DNA of 64,000 bases, taken from positions 155,484 through 219,483 of the forward strand of contig DATDQB010000020.1 in assembly GCA_035292445.1 (NCBI GenBank), given 5' to 3'. Below the pieces are notes generated by a model. The model was given only the letters and a program-made list of their open reading frames with translations. It ran no database searches and was not told the DNA's origin. This DNA is from Candidatus Omnitrophota bacterium. Lineage in GTDB: Bacteria; Omnitrophota; Gorgyraeia; Zapsychrales; Zapsychraceae. Both the position numbers and the translations under genes were made by a program. Positions 46,242 to 55,691 of the stretch are shown one piece after another (within the stretch, counting starts at the first letter, position 1; each line of letters opens with the position of its first letter).

Positions 46242-46543
46242 TCATCGATGGGCGGCGGCTGCAATTCCCTTAATTGCATCTCAAGCCTTAAAGCGATGAC
46301 ATATCCCAACAATCCTTTATGCTTTTCATATTCTTTCGGCGTAAAACCTGCTTTGCCGTGGAAGGTGCGGCTGGCATCGATCTCTATCTTGACCTGGATA
46401 TAGGCGCTGATCAGGTCGGCATCCGATAATTCTTTGACTTCTTCCTTGGAAAGGACCGGCACATCGTAAAGAAAGGCCCAGGAAAGGCTTGTGGTGCACA
46501 GGAACATTCCCAACGCGATAAGAACGATGGTTTTTTTCATCAA
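46229..46543 (-). CDS. Hypothetical small exported protein.
   Basis: Signal peptide MMKKTIVLIALGMFLCTTSLSWA. Confidence 0.45.
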   Translation of the reverse strand: MMKKTIVLIALGMFLCTTSLSWAFLYDVPVLSKEEVKELSDADLISAYIQVKIEIDASRTFHGKAGFTPKEYEKHKGLLGYVIALRLEMQLRELQPPPIDEWIR

Positions 46544-46658
46544 CGACCTCCCTTATTAATTGCGTTTATTATACCTTTTCGATATGAGCGATTCAAGGCG
46601 ATTTTAACGCGAAATCGAACGGGTTGACAACAGAAGCGACGAATGTTAGGATAGCGAC

Positions 46659-47384
46659 GTGTTAAAAGACCTGGTGGATGGTTTAACTTCCCTGGTCTAT
46701 CCCCCGCAGTGTATGCTTTGCCGCCAAATGCCTCGCGCTCTTTCCCCCTCCGGTTTGGTCTGTCCATCGTGCGCCGCAAAAATTTCCAGCAACCACCCCC
46801 CGTTCTGCCTCAAATGCATGCGTCATTTACGGAATATCGGACGCCCCGTCTGTACCAATTGCTGCGATCGCCCGATTTATTTCGACTTTGCCTGGAGCAG
46901 CTCTCTGTTTGAGGAGCCTTTGAAAGAACTCATTCATCGTTTCAAATATTACCAAAAAACGCTCCTGCGGCATTTTTTCGGAGAATTAATGGCCTCCTTC
47001 ATCCGGGAGTATCATCTGGACATCGGGCAATTCGATTGGGTTGCGCCTATTCCCTTGCATCCCAGCAAGTTAAGGGAGCGCGGGTTCAACCAGAGCCTCC
47101 TTTTGGCCGAACAGTTATGCAGGAATTTTGATAAAAAACTGCGGCCTGATGTGCTGTTGAAGGTGCGCCAAACGAAGAACCAGGCGGAATTAAGCCAAAA
47201 AGAACGCTGGACAAATATGGAAGGGGCTTTTAGAATAAAACGTTCTGAAAAAGTTTCTGGCAAGAATATTTTGCTGATCGATGACCTGTTAACGACGGGC
47301 GCGACCGCCTCCGAGGCGGCAAGGGCCCTGAAAGAAAACGGCGCCCAAAAAGTGGCCGTCTACACACTGGCCGTTGCCTTATGA
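46659..47384 (+). CDS. comF: ComF-family protein (double zinc ribbon plus phosphoribosyltransferase domain).
   Basis: CxxC pairs (CPSCAAKI, CTNCC). PRTase motif ILLIDDLLTTGAT. Confidence 0.75.
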   Translation: MLKDLVDGLTSLVYPPQCMLCRQMPRALSPSGLVCPSCAAKISSNHPPFCLKCMRHLRNIGRPVCTNCCDRPIYFDFAWSSSLFEEPLKELIHRFKYYQKTLLRHFFGELMASFIREYHLDIGQFDWVAPIPLHPSKLRERGFNQSLLLAEQLCRNFDKKLRPDVLLKVRQTKNQAELSQKERWTNMEGAFRIKRSEKVSGKNILLIDDLLTTGATASEAARALKENGAQKVAVYTLAVAL

Positions 47385-47391
47385 GAAGACC

Positions 47392-48477
47392 ATGAAAATA
47401 CTGCGCACCTACATCTTGCGGGAAACATTCATCCCGTTCTTGCTGGCCCTCTGTGTCCTTACCTGTGTTTTCCTTCTGGGAAACCTGGTCAAACTGACCG
47501 ACATGGTCATCAATAAAGGAGTGGGCCTCTCAACGATCGGCAAGATCTTCATCCTCTATGTCCCGATGCTTTTGGGTTATACGCTTCCCATCGCGAGCCT
47601 TATTGCCGTCATTACAACCTTCAGCCAGCTTTCCTCCGATAACGAGATCCTGGCCATGCGCGCCTGCGGCATTCACCTGGGACGACTTCTTTTCCCTTTG
47701 TTTATCGTCGGCATCATATTAAGCCTTACCCTCATTATCCTCAATGAGCGCCTCATCCCTTACGCGCACTACCAGCAGCGCAACATCCTGAAGAATTTAG
47801 GCAAGGATAACCCGACCGCCTTCCTGGAGCCGGGCGTATTCATTGACGCCTTCGGGGACCAGATCCTTTTCATCCACAGGATCCAAGGCAATAAAATGTA
47901 TAACGTGACGATCTACCAGCCCCAAGCGAACCGCCCGACCCGCACGATCGTGGCCAAAGAAGGGGAATTTACCCCCGTGCCGGGCGAGGACCAGATCAAG
48001 CTCAAGCTTATCGATGGGACCAGTGACGAGCCGGATTTGACAAACCCGGAGAATTTCTACAAGCTGAACTTTCGAACATATTTCATGACGCTGGATTTCA
48101 CCAAAGAAAAGATCACCGCCCATAAAAAACCGAAAAGCATGAGCCTGGATGAGCTGTCCCAGGAGATCGAGCGGCTTCAAAGCCTGTTCATCGACCCCGG
48201 CAGCCTGGTCACCGAATACTGGCGGAAGATCGCCAGCTCCTTTTCCCCCTTATTTTTTATCCTCTTGGGCTTTCCGCTGGCGGTCGTGACCAACCGGCGG
48301 GAAAAATCCGCCAATATCATGCTGGCCATGATCTTTGCCGTCGGCTATTATGTGATCACCATGGGCTGCGAGGGCTTGAGTACGGAAAAGATCTTTCCCG
48401 CCCAATATATCATGTGGGCCCCTAACCTGCTGGCCGCCCTTGTGGCCGGCGCCTTATACACCAAATGCGTATCCTAG
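47392..48477 (+). CDS. lptF: LptF/LptG-family LPS export permease (YjgP/YjgQ).
   Basis: 6-TM permease with a periplasmic beta-jellyroll insert. Paired with a paralogous downstream gene as in lptFG. Confidence 0.7.
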   Translation: MKILRTYILRETFIPFLLALCVLTCVFLLGNLVKLTDMVINKGVGLSTIGKIFILYVPMLLGYTLPIASLIAVITTFSQLSSDNEILAMRACGIHLGRLLFPLFIVGIILSLTLIILNERLIPYAHYQQRNILKNLGKDNPTAFLEPGVFIDAFGDQILFIHRIQGNKMYNVTIYQPQANRPTRTIVAKEGEFTPVPGEDQIKLKLIDGTSDEPDLTNPENFYKLNFRTYFMTLDFTKEKITAHKKPKSMSLDELSQEIERLQSLFIDPGSLVTEYWRKIASSFSPLFFILLGFPLAVVTNRREKSANIMLAMIFAVGYYVITMGCEGLSTEKIFPAQYIMWAPNLLAALVAGALYTKCVS

Positions 48478-49565
48478 ACCGCTATATCCTTTCTTCCATC
48501 ATCAAGATCTTTGTCCTGACGGTCATTGTTTTCTGCCTCCTTTATATCCTTATCGATACCACCAATGGCCTGGATGACCTGATCGAACGCAAAGTGTCAT
48601 TGGGCTTGCTTTTATTCTACTACACGAACCTGCTGCCCCTGATCTTCGTCCAAACGAGCTCGACGGCAACGCTGGTGGCCATTCTTCTCACGTTCAGCCA
48701 TTTGAACGCGACCAACGAGGCCATTGCCATGCGCAGTAGCGGCATGAATTTCTGGCAGCTGACCAAACCCGCCGTCTTTTTCGGGCTCCTCGTTTCCGTC
48801 TTTGTCTTTTGGGTCAATGAGCAGATCGTTCCCCAGGCCTACTTGATGACCAAGGAGATCAGGGACGAAAAACTGCTCAGCCTTAAAAAAGTGGAATGGA
48901 AAAGGCAGGAACGCGTCAATAACCTGACCTTCTACGGGCTGCAGAACCGCCTTTATTTCATCGAACGCTATGATCCCGAGGCCGAAACGCTGCACGGGAT
49001 CACCATCATCGAGTTCGATGAGAACCAGGATATCCAGCAGAAGGTCGTGGCCTTATCGGGCACATGGACCGGGATCGCCTGGAAATTCTACAATTGCCAG
49101 ATCTCCGTGTTCGACCCCAACTCCCCCCGAACGCCCGTTAAATTCTATAAAGAAAAATTGATGGACATCAAAGATGGCCCGAAAGACCTGTTGAAACAAC
49201 GGCTCAACGTCGCCAGCATGAATTTCCGGCAGCTCGCGCAATATATCGACCGCTTCTCGACCAGCGGCGCGGTGCGGGCGATCAACAACCTGCGGGTGGA
49301 CCTTCACGGCAAGATCTCCTATCCCATGAGCAATTTCGTCATTGCCTTCACGGGCCTGCCTTTCGCGCTCATGATCCGTTCCCGCAAACGCTCCTCCTTT
49401 GCGGCAATCGGGGCGGCCATGGCGATCGGCTTTCTCTACTATGTCTTGACCGCCGTCTGCCTGGCTTTCGGCAAAGGCGGATTGTTCCCGCCCATCGTCG
49501 CCGCGTGGTCAGCGCCCCTCGTCACTATTTTGATCGGCCTGATCGTTATTGAAAGAAACTTCTAA
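48465..49565 (+). CDS. lptG: LptF/LptG-family LPS export permease.
   Basis: Paralogue of the upstream gene with the same architecture. Confidence 0.7.
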   Translation: MRILDRYILSSIIKIFVLTVIVFCLLYILIDTTNGLDDLIERKVSLGLLLFYYTNLLPLIFVQTSSTATLVAILLTFSHLNATNEAIAMRSSGMNFWQLTKPAVFFGLLVSVFVFWVNEQIVPQAYLMTKEIRDEKLLSLKKVEWKRQERVNNLTFYGLQNRLYFIERYDPEAETLHGITIIEFDENQDIQQKVVALSGTWTGIAWKFYNCQISVFDPNSPRTPVKFYKEKLMDIKDGPKDLLKQRLNVASMNFRQLAQYIDRFSTSGAVRAINNLRVDLHGKISYPMSNFVIAFTGLPFALMIRSRKRSSFAAIGAAMAIGFLYYVLTAVCLAFGKGGLFPPIVAAWSAPLVTILIGLIVIERNF

Positions 49566-49567
49566 CC

Positions 49568-50227
49568 GTGAAGAGACATATTTTCCTCTTTATTTTCACC
49601 TTCCTTTTTCTCTCCCCCGCCCTTGCCCAGCCAACATATCATTTCCGCGAATACCGCAAAAATACCAATGAAACGATCGAACGCACTACCATCCGGTTCG
49701 AACACCAAGCAGGCACTATCAAAGCCTTCTTCGCCAGGGGCCTTGAAGATTTTCCCCAACAAGAAGAATACGTTCTCAACAAGGATTACGAAACGGTTTC
49801 CTGGAGCGTAACCAACCTTCAAACCGCGACCGCCTATACGGGAGAACGAAAAGGCAACACCGTTGTCATTAAGGGAAAGTTCCTGGGCAAGGAAGTCAAC
49901 AAAGTCCTCCCCATCGATAAGCGGCCGTTCTTTGCCTTCCCTAAGATCGCGCTTACCCGCTTCGCGCTCTCCAAAAAAAAAGAATTGGTGTTCTGGGCTC
50001 TGCGTAATGATGAGCTGACCGTCTTTAAGATGCTGGCCCAGCACAAGGGGACCGAAACGATCAGCGTGAACGGCGTTCCCGTGGAGGCCGTGAAGGTCTA
50101 TTGGAGCACGGTGAACCCGCTATTTCGCATCTTTAAACGCACCTATTATTATCGGGCAAGTGACGGGATATTTCTCAAGCAAGAATATCCTGATGGAAAG
50201 ATTCGGGAATTGGTGCAGGAAGAGTAG
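49568..50227 (+). CDS. Hypothetical exported protein.
   Basis: Signal peptide MKRHIFLFIFTFLFLSPALA. 3 bp downstream of lptG. Confidence 0.5.
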   Translation: MKRHIFLFIFTFLFLSPALAQPTYHFREYRKNTNETIERTTIRFEHQAGTIKAFFARGLEDFPQQEEYVLNKDYETVSWSVTNLQTATAYTGERKGNTVVIKGKFLGKEVNKVLPIDKRPFFAFPKIALTRFALSKKKELVFWALRNDELTVFKMLAQHKGTETISVNGVPVEAVKVYWSTVNPLFRIFKRTYYYRASDGIFLKQEYPDGKIRELVQEE

Positions 50228-50247
50228 TGAACGGTCGCGACCGTTCC

Positions 50248-51369
50248 TTACTTGTAGATACGTGGAATGTTATTGCCCAGCGAACAGACGATCTCGTAGC
50301 TGATCGTGTTGGCGTACGCGGCAAGCTCATCAGCGGTAATTGTATGGGAGCTTTGTTTTCCAAGGATCACGACCGGCGTGCCCAAACGCGCGCCTTTAAC
50401 CTTCGTTACATCGGCCACGATCTGATCCATGGTCACGCGCCCCAGGAGTCGGCAACGCTTCCCGCCGACCAAGACATCCGCTTTATTGGAGAGTAACCGC
50501 GGATACCCATCGCTGTAACCGATAGGGATGGTCGCGACCGTCATCGCAGCTTTAGCGATGAAGGTGCGGCCGTAACTGATGCTTCTTCCCTTCTCGATTC
50601 TTTTAAGAAAAATAATTCTTGAATGAACGCTCATCGCCGGTTTGAGGGAAATCAATTTCTTTAACCGTGCCTGCGGATACAGGCCGTAAAGCATGAGCCC
50701 CGGGCGGAATAGGTTCAACATCTTTGTCCGGTACCCCGCCAGCCCCATGCTGTTGGAGGCGTGGATGGTGGGAATGATAATTCCCTTTCGGTCCAGTTTC
50801 CTGACCAGATCATGCAATTGACGAATTTGGCGTTGCGTAAATTTTTTGTCCGTGTCAGCCGCGGGAAAATGCGTGTAAATGCCGTCGATAATTAAATAAG
50901 GAAGCCGGCTGACCTGTTCGATGAAAGAAAAAGCGTCCGCGTGCCAAACGCCGAGGCGCCCCATGCCGGTATCGACCTTCACGTGAACTTTCACCCGCCG
51001 CCCGGCCCTTTGGGCGCAGCGGTTCAGGGCGCTGGCCAACTCTCGCGTGCACACCGTCGGGATCAGATGATGATCACAAATAGCGGAAGCTTGCTGTGGG
51101 AGCGTGCTTTCGAATAATAGGACCGGCCCCTTGATGCCTAGCTTGCGCAAACGAATCCCTTCCTGGACATCGGAGACACCTAAATAGCCGGCGTGAAGTT
51201 TATCCAAGATTTTAGCGATCCTGTCCATCCCGTGGCCGTACGCTTCGGCTTTGACAACGGCCAAGATGCGGCTCTTCGATCCGGCCAGCCGCTTGATGAC
51301 GGCGAAATTATGGCGGACCGCGCTCAAGTCGACCTCAACCCACGTTAACGGCCTTAGATCTTTACTCAT
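50248..51369 (-). CDS. alr: Alanine racemase.
   Basis: PLP-lysine motif AVVKAEAYGHG. C-terminal beta domain. Confidence 0.85.
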   Translation of the reverse strand: MSKDLRPLTWVEVDLSAVRHNFAVIKRLAGSKSRILAVVKAEAYGHGMDRIAKILDKLHAGYLGVSDVQEGIRLRKLGIKGPVLLFESTLPQQASAICDHHLIPTVCTRELASALNRCAQRAGRRVKVHVKVDTGMGRLGVWHADAFSFIEQVSRLPYLIIDGIYTHFPAADTDKKFTQRQIRQLHDLVRKLDRKGIIIPTIHASNSMGLAGYRTKMLNLFRPGLMLYGLYPQARLKKLISLKPAMSVHSRIIFLKRIEKGRSISYGRTFIAKAAMTVATIPIGYSDGYPRLLSNKADVLVGGKRCRLLGRVTMDQIVADVTKVKGARLGTPVVILGKQSSHTITADELAAYANTISYEIVCSLGNNIPRIYK

Positions 51370-52040
51370 CGATTGACCACCTGGCAGTCTTCCGCGTATA
51401 GATAAATGGGCACAAGCGTCGCCGCCTCATCAAAATCTTTCTTGGCGATCCGCGAAGAAGCAAGGGCGATCAAGTGCTTGGCTTGAGGCGCCCCATATTT
51501 TTCCGCTGCCAACGTCGCGCCGGGATGTTTAAGGACCCTTTCCTTCCCTATATTTATACCATCGCCTACAAAAACCGTCTGCCCCTTAACTGTTTTTAAA
51601 AGCTCTTCCATGGGAACGAGCATATAATCGTCGACGCGTTTAAGCTGTCCCCCTTTTTTCTCATAGCGGCAGGCGTACAATAAATTCCGCCGGGCATCCA
51701 AGATAACACAGATCTGCGCATCCTCTTGTGGCACACCGTAAGCGATCGCATCCAAACTTGCGACCCCGATAATGGGGATGCGCAAGCTGTAAGAAATGGC
51801 CTTGGCCGTTGCCAAACCGACGCGCAGCCCCGTGAAAGAGCCCGGCCCAAGCCCAACGACGATCACGTCCACTTTCTTGATCGTCAGTGAAGCCGCTTTA
51901 AGGATACTTTCAATATAACCGCTGAGCTTGGCGGATAGGTCTTTTTTAAAGCCGTAGTTCTTGGTACGGACAACCTTCCCGTCCTTGGCAACCGCCAGGC
52001 TGGCATCGCGTAATGATGTGTCCAGAGCAAGTATGTTCAT
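51366..52040 (-). CDS. tsaB: tRNA threonylcarbamoyladenosine biosynthesis protein TsaB (YeaZ).
   Basis: MNILALDTS ... VGLGPGSFTGLRVG. The start was chosen at MNIL. Confidence 0.8.
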   Translation of the reverse strand: MNILALDTSLRDASLAVAKDGKVVRTKNYGFKKDLSAKLSGYIESILKAASLTIKKVDVIVVGLGPGSFTGLRVGLATAKAISYSLRIPIIGVASLDAIAYGVPQEDAQICVILDARRNLLYACRYEKKGGQLKRVDDYMLVPMEELLKTVKGQTVFVGDGINIGKERVLKHPGATLAAEKYGAPQAKHLIALASSRIAKKDFDEAATLVPIYLYAEDCQVVNR

Positions 52041-52498
52041 GATCGTACAAATTCCTTTAACGAACTTAAAATTTTTTCGTACTTGTTTCCTTGGGCACTG
52101 CATTCCAAGCGCCTCTCATTGGTTGAAACATGAGCTAATTCGATCTTCAGGAACTCTTTGGGATACAATTCCTGCAGCTTATCCGCCCATTCGACAACAC
52201 TGACACCGTTGCCGTAAAGAAATTCTTCATAACCGATTTGCTCGATCTCCTTGGGGTTCTCCAGCCGGTAAAAATCAAAATGGTACAACGGCAGCTTCCC
52301 CTCATAAACGTTCATCAAAACAAACGTCGGGCTGTTGACCGCCTCCGGCTTGAGCTTCAAGCCCTGGGCCAGCCCCTTAACGAGCGTTGTCTTGCCGCTT
52401 CCCAGCTCGCCATGCAAACAAACGATACTGCCCGGTTTCAAATGTTGCGCCAACGCCTTGCCGAGTCTCATCGTTTCTTCAGCGCTTTTGGTGATCAT
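52037..52498 (-). CDS. tsaE: tRNA threonylcarbamoyladenosine biosynthesis ATPase TsaE (YjeE).
   Basis: Walker A GELGSGKTTLVKG. Confidence 0.85.
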   Translation of the reverse strand: MITKSAEETMRLGKALAQHLKPGSIVCLHGELGSGKTTLVKGLAQGLKLKPEAVNSPTFVLMNVYEGKLPLYHFDFYRLENPKEIEQIGYEEFLYGNGVSVVEWADKLQELYPKEFLKIELAHVSTNERRLECSAQGNKYEKILSSLKEFVRS

Positions 52499-52506
52499 GG
52501 TTTCCC

Positions 52507-53433
52507 TTAGAAATGCCGATACCCTTTAAGATTTAATGAAACAAAGCTTTTATTGGCTTTCATCAGCAAAAGCCTGCCCTTGGCCTTGGTGATCTCACCG
52601 ATACGGTAAATGCGAAAATGTTTTTGTGCCATCAAGCGGAAAGCTTCTTTCGCCGGAACCGTTACGATCAGCTCAAAATCCTCGCCGTCGTACAGGGCAT
52701 TATGTAGGGGCACAGCGCGCTGTGCCCCTACCAATCGTCTGGGAATCAATTTTTCATAAATCGTGGCGCCGACCTTGCTTTGCGTTAGGATATGTCCTAG
52801 ATCGGCCGCCAGCCCATCGGAGACATCGATCATGGATGTCGGATGGAATCTCTTCACCAAATATTGGGACTCATCGATCCTTGGAGTGAACTTAAGATGC
52901 TGGCCGCTCTTCAAAGATCCGCCCAACGCTCCCGTAACAAATATATGGTCACCGACCTTGGCACCGCTTCTTAAAACAAGCTGCTTCTTTTTAACCTCGC
53001 CGGTCAAAGCAATGTTGATGATGATTTTTTGGCTTTTGACCGTGTCGCCACCGACAACGCTAACACCGAACTTGCGCGCCAGATCATGAATGCCCCGGTA
53101 AATGTCGCGGACCTTCTCCCACGAAGTCTGGCCGGATATTCCTAAAGACACAAGCGCGTAGCGGGCAACACCTCCCATGGCCGCGATGTCGCTTAAATTA
53201 CACGCGAGCGCCTTGCGGCCGATCAAATACGCAGGATCGTCTTTCCTGAAATGCACACCCTCCATGATCATGTCCGTTGTCAGAAGCGAATATCGTTTCT
53301 TATCCAACGCCACGACCGCCGTGTCATCGCCGATGCCGGCAATAACCGACGTAGGGAACGCTCGCGAGCGTTCCCTACATTGCCTCTTGATACGCTCGAT
53401 CAAACCAAATTCACCTAACGCGGAAATCTTCAT
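52507..53433 (-). CDS. thiL: Thiamine-monophosphate kinase.
   Basis: GEFGLIERI ... GIGDDTAV ... AIR-synthase-like fold motifs. It carries the 31-bp palindrome in frame near the N-terminus. Confidence 0.85.
   Translation of the reverse strand: MKISALGEFGLIERIKRQCRERSRAFPTSVIAGIGDDTAVVALDKKRYSLLTTDMIMEGVHFRKDDPAYLIGRKALACNLSDIAAMGGVARYALVSLGISGQTSWEKVRDIYRGIHDLARKFGVSVVGGDTVKSQKIIINIALTGEVKKKQLVLRSGAKVGDHIFVTGALGGSLKSGQHLKFTPRIDESQYLVKRFHPTSMIDVSDGLAADLGHILTQSKVGATIYEKLIPRRLVGAQRAVPLHNALYDGEDFELIVTVPAKEAFRLMAQKHFRIYRIGEITKAKGRLLLMKANKSFVSLNLKGYRHF
53351..53381. repeat. 31-bp element whose core is a 28-bp perfect palindrome (gtagggaacgctcgcgagcgttccctac), copy 1, inside thiL.
   Basis: Exact self-complementary sequence. 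Identical to copy 2 at 54224-54254. Confidence 0.9.
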
Positions 53434-54443
53434 AAATGGCGGATTATCCCTTTTTCCGTCACAAACCCCGTGATCAATTCGTGCGGTGTCACATCGAAGG
53501 CCGGATTATAAACTTTGACGTTCTTGGGCGCTGTCGGAATGCCTCCCCACTGGATGACTTCTTTCCTATCCCTTTGTTCGATCGGGATGGCGCGGCCATT
53601 CTTCGTCTTAAGGTCGAACGTCGTTGACGGCGCGACCACGTAAAAAGGAACCCGGTGATGCTTGGCCAATACAGCCAGCATGTAAGTGCCGATCTTGTTG
53701 GCGGTATCGCCATTGGCCGCGATGCGGTCCGCGCCGGTTAAAATAAGATCGACTTTACCCTGCTTCATGAGTGTCGCCGCCATGTTATCACAAATGAGCG
53801 TGACATCGATTCTTCTGCGCATCAGCTCCCAGGTCGTCAGCCGCGCTCCTTGCAGGAGCGGGCGCGTTTCGCACGCGTAGACCGAAAATCTCTTCCCCGC
53901 TTCCTTGGCCGCGTACATGACGCCTGCCGCTGTGCCGTAATCGACCGTTGCCAACACGCCCGTGTTACAGATCGTCAGAACCCGAGAGCCCGATCTGATC
54001 AAAGAACTGCCCGCTTTTCCCATGGCCCGGCAAAGGCGGCGGTCCTCTTCGTACATACGAAACGCTTCTTTCTTTAACGCGGCCTTGATCTGGGAAACGC
54101 TCCGGCGCTTATTGCCCTGGGCCGCCTTTTCCATCCGTTCAAGGGCGTAAAATAAATTCACGGCAGTCGGCCGCGAGGTGCGTAAATACGCGGCGGTTTT
54201 CTTGATATGCTGTTGTAGGGAACGCTCGCGAGCGTTCCCTACATTAAATCCCTTCAATCCCAAAAGAACACCGAAAGCCCCGGCCACGCCCAATGCCGGC
54301 GCACCGCGGACCTTCAATTGCTTGATCGCTTTCCAAAGGGAAGTTACGTCAGAGTAAGTGCAGTAGACAAGCTTCTGCGGAAGCTTGGTTTGGTCGATGA
54401 GCTTGACCTTGCCGTTGACCCATTTGATAGTTTGGATGGACAT
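53430..54443 (-). CDS. mtnA: S-methyl-5-thioribose-1-phosphate isomerase (eIF-2B alpha/beta/delta family).
   Basis: VRGAPALGVAGAFG ... TSRPTAVNL ... CNTG ... CETRP ... GADRIAANGDTANKIGTY. Confidence 0.85.
   Translation of the reverse strand: MSIQTIKWVNGKVKLIDQTKLPQKLVYCTYSDVTSLWKAIKQLKVRGAPALGVAGAFGVLLGLKGFNVGNARERSLQQHIKKTAAYLRTSRPTAVNLFYALERMEKAAQGNKRRSVSQIKAALKKEAFRMYEEDRRLCRAMGKAGSSLIRSGSRVLTICNTGVLATVDYGTAAGVMYAAKEAGKRFSVYACETRPLLQGARLTTWELMRRRIDVTLICDNMAATLMKQGKVDLILTGADRIAANGDTANKIGTYMLAVLAKHHRVPFYVVAPSTTFDLKTKNGRAIPIEQRDRKEVIQWGGIPTAPKNVKVYNPAFDVTPHELITGFVTEKGIIRHL
54224..54254. repeat. Copy 2 of the same 31-bp palindromic element, inside mtnA.
   Basis: Identical 31-mer gtagggaacgctcgcgagcgttccctacatt. 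Confidence 0.9.
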
Positions 54444-54490
54444 ATTACCGAAAACTACAGTCTAGAGTCTAGTGTCTGAAGTCTCCAACC

Positions 54491-54664
54491 CTAATTTCCC
54501 GACCCCGGAGGGTTCTTCTTGATACTTTCTTCCACGTGCTCGGAGCCGCTGCTGATCCAGCCGCCCACGGTCTTGACATCATCCCCGATACCTTTTATGG
54601 TATTGCAACCATAAAGCGAGCCCATCAAGGCCAGGGTTAGAACACCTAAGATAACTTTTCTCAT
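54491..54664 (-). CDS. Entericidin (EcnA/EcnB) family small lipoprotein.
   Basis: MRKVILGVLTLALMGSLYGCNTIKGIGDDVKTVGG matches the entericidin pattern (lipobox, then NTxxGxGxDxxxxG). Confidence 0.7.
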   Translation of the reverse strand: MRKVILGVLTLALMGSLYGCNTIKGIGDDVKTVGGWISSGSEHVEESIKKNPPGSGN

Positions 54665-54744
54665 GTTAACTCCTTCCGTGAAGTTTTTCCTGCTCCCAAA
54701 GCGCGAGTCCGCCAACGGCAGACGAGCATTTGGGGTTACCTTAA

Positions 54745-55050
54745 TTATATAGGGCGCGGCGGCCGAGCGGAGCGGGCTGCGCGATCCTTGTCACCGGGCC
54801 GGAAGGGTTTCTTCTTTTCCACATACCTTCTGCCCTCATCTTGTCGCTTGTGGCTAAAAGCGCTTCCCCGCGGATTTTCATAGCGTTGATGCGCTCCATA
54901 GCTGCGGGATGATGGGGGATAACTCTTTGGCCCCGCTTGCCTGCCCGCTGACTGAGCCACCAGCGTGTCGATCTTGCGCTCAAGATAGGTGATCTGTTTT
55001 TGCAGTTCCTTAATTAAAGTAATGACTGTTTCATTGGCTTGCTGTTCCAT
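54745..55050 (-). CDS. Hypothetical small protein (N-terminal coiled coil, Arg-rich C-terminus).
   Basis: 101-aa ORF with its own upstream spacer. Confidence 0.4.
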   Translation of the reverse strand: MEQQANETVITLIKELQKQITYLERKIDTLVAQSAGRQAGPKSYPPSSRSYGAHQRYENPRGSAFSHKRQDEGRRYVEKKKPFRPGDKDRAARSARPPRPI

Positions 55051-55080
55051 AGATACTCCTTAATTTATGTGTCCCTTTTT

Positions 55081-55235
55081 AAAGTGCCTGGCATCTATTT
55101 TTTATTTTCAGGTTATTGGGTCATCAGGCGATCAGGTTGCAGGAAATCGGGGTATTGGGATATTTGGTAAAACCCGATATCCTGATAACCTAATTCCCTC
55201 CATCCTGATATCCTGATTCCCTGATGACCTTTACC
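55081..55235. repeat. Intergenic long imperfect hairpin built from ATCAGG/CCTGAT tandem motifs.
   Basis: ggttattgggtcatcaggcgatcaggttgcagg ... cctgataacctaattccctccatcctgatatcctgattccctgatgacc. Confidence 0.55.
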
Positions 55236-55507
55236 TTCTTCTTCTCCGCCAATTTTTTGGCCTTGGCGACCGCTTTAGCTTCTTTTTTGCGCTGCGCCTT
55301 TAAATTCTTATTCAACTGTTCCGTTCTCTTGATCGCGTCCTTCGCCCTCTTGGCATCGTCTTCTTTTCTCAGCTGCAGCTTATCAACATTGCGAAAAATA
55401 TTCCCGCCGTTGCCCGCGCTTGGGGCCTGGTCGGACAAAGCCAATGCGCTGGTGATGGGTATTAAGAAAATGCCTGCCGCGACCGATATAGCCTTAATGT
55501 TCGTCAT
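55190..55507 (-). CDS. Hypothetical secreted Lys/Ala-rich protein.
   Basis: Signal peptide MTNIKAISVAAGIFLIPITSALA. Highly charged helical remainder. Confidence 0.5.
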   Translation of the reverse strand: MTNIKAISVAAGIFLIPITSALALSDQAPSAGNGGNIFRNVDKLQLRKEDDAKRAKDAIKRTEQLNKNLKAQRKKEAKAVAKAKKLAEKKKVKVIRESGYQDGGN

Positions 55508-55679
55508 CCTGCTCCGCCATTTTCTTTAGGACAATCTCGATCGTTGCCGCGTCAACATCCGCTTCCCTCATGAGCGCCTCGGCGCGCTTTAGGTCATCGC
55601 CATCGACGGCGTCCATGAATTCCTCAAGCTTATCGATCCGCGCCATTTGCTCTAACACCAATGACCCTTCGAAATCCAT
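55494..55679 (-). CDS. Hypothetical small acidic protein (61 aa).
   Basis: Short ORF overlapping the downstream gene start by 14 bp. Confidence 0.3.
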   Translation of the reverse strand: MDFEGSLVLEQMARIDKLEEFMDAVDGDDLKRAEALMREADVDAATIEIVLKKMAEQDDEH

Positions 55680-55691
55680 GGAATTCCACCT

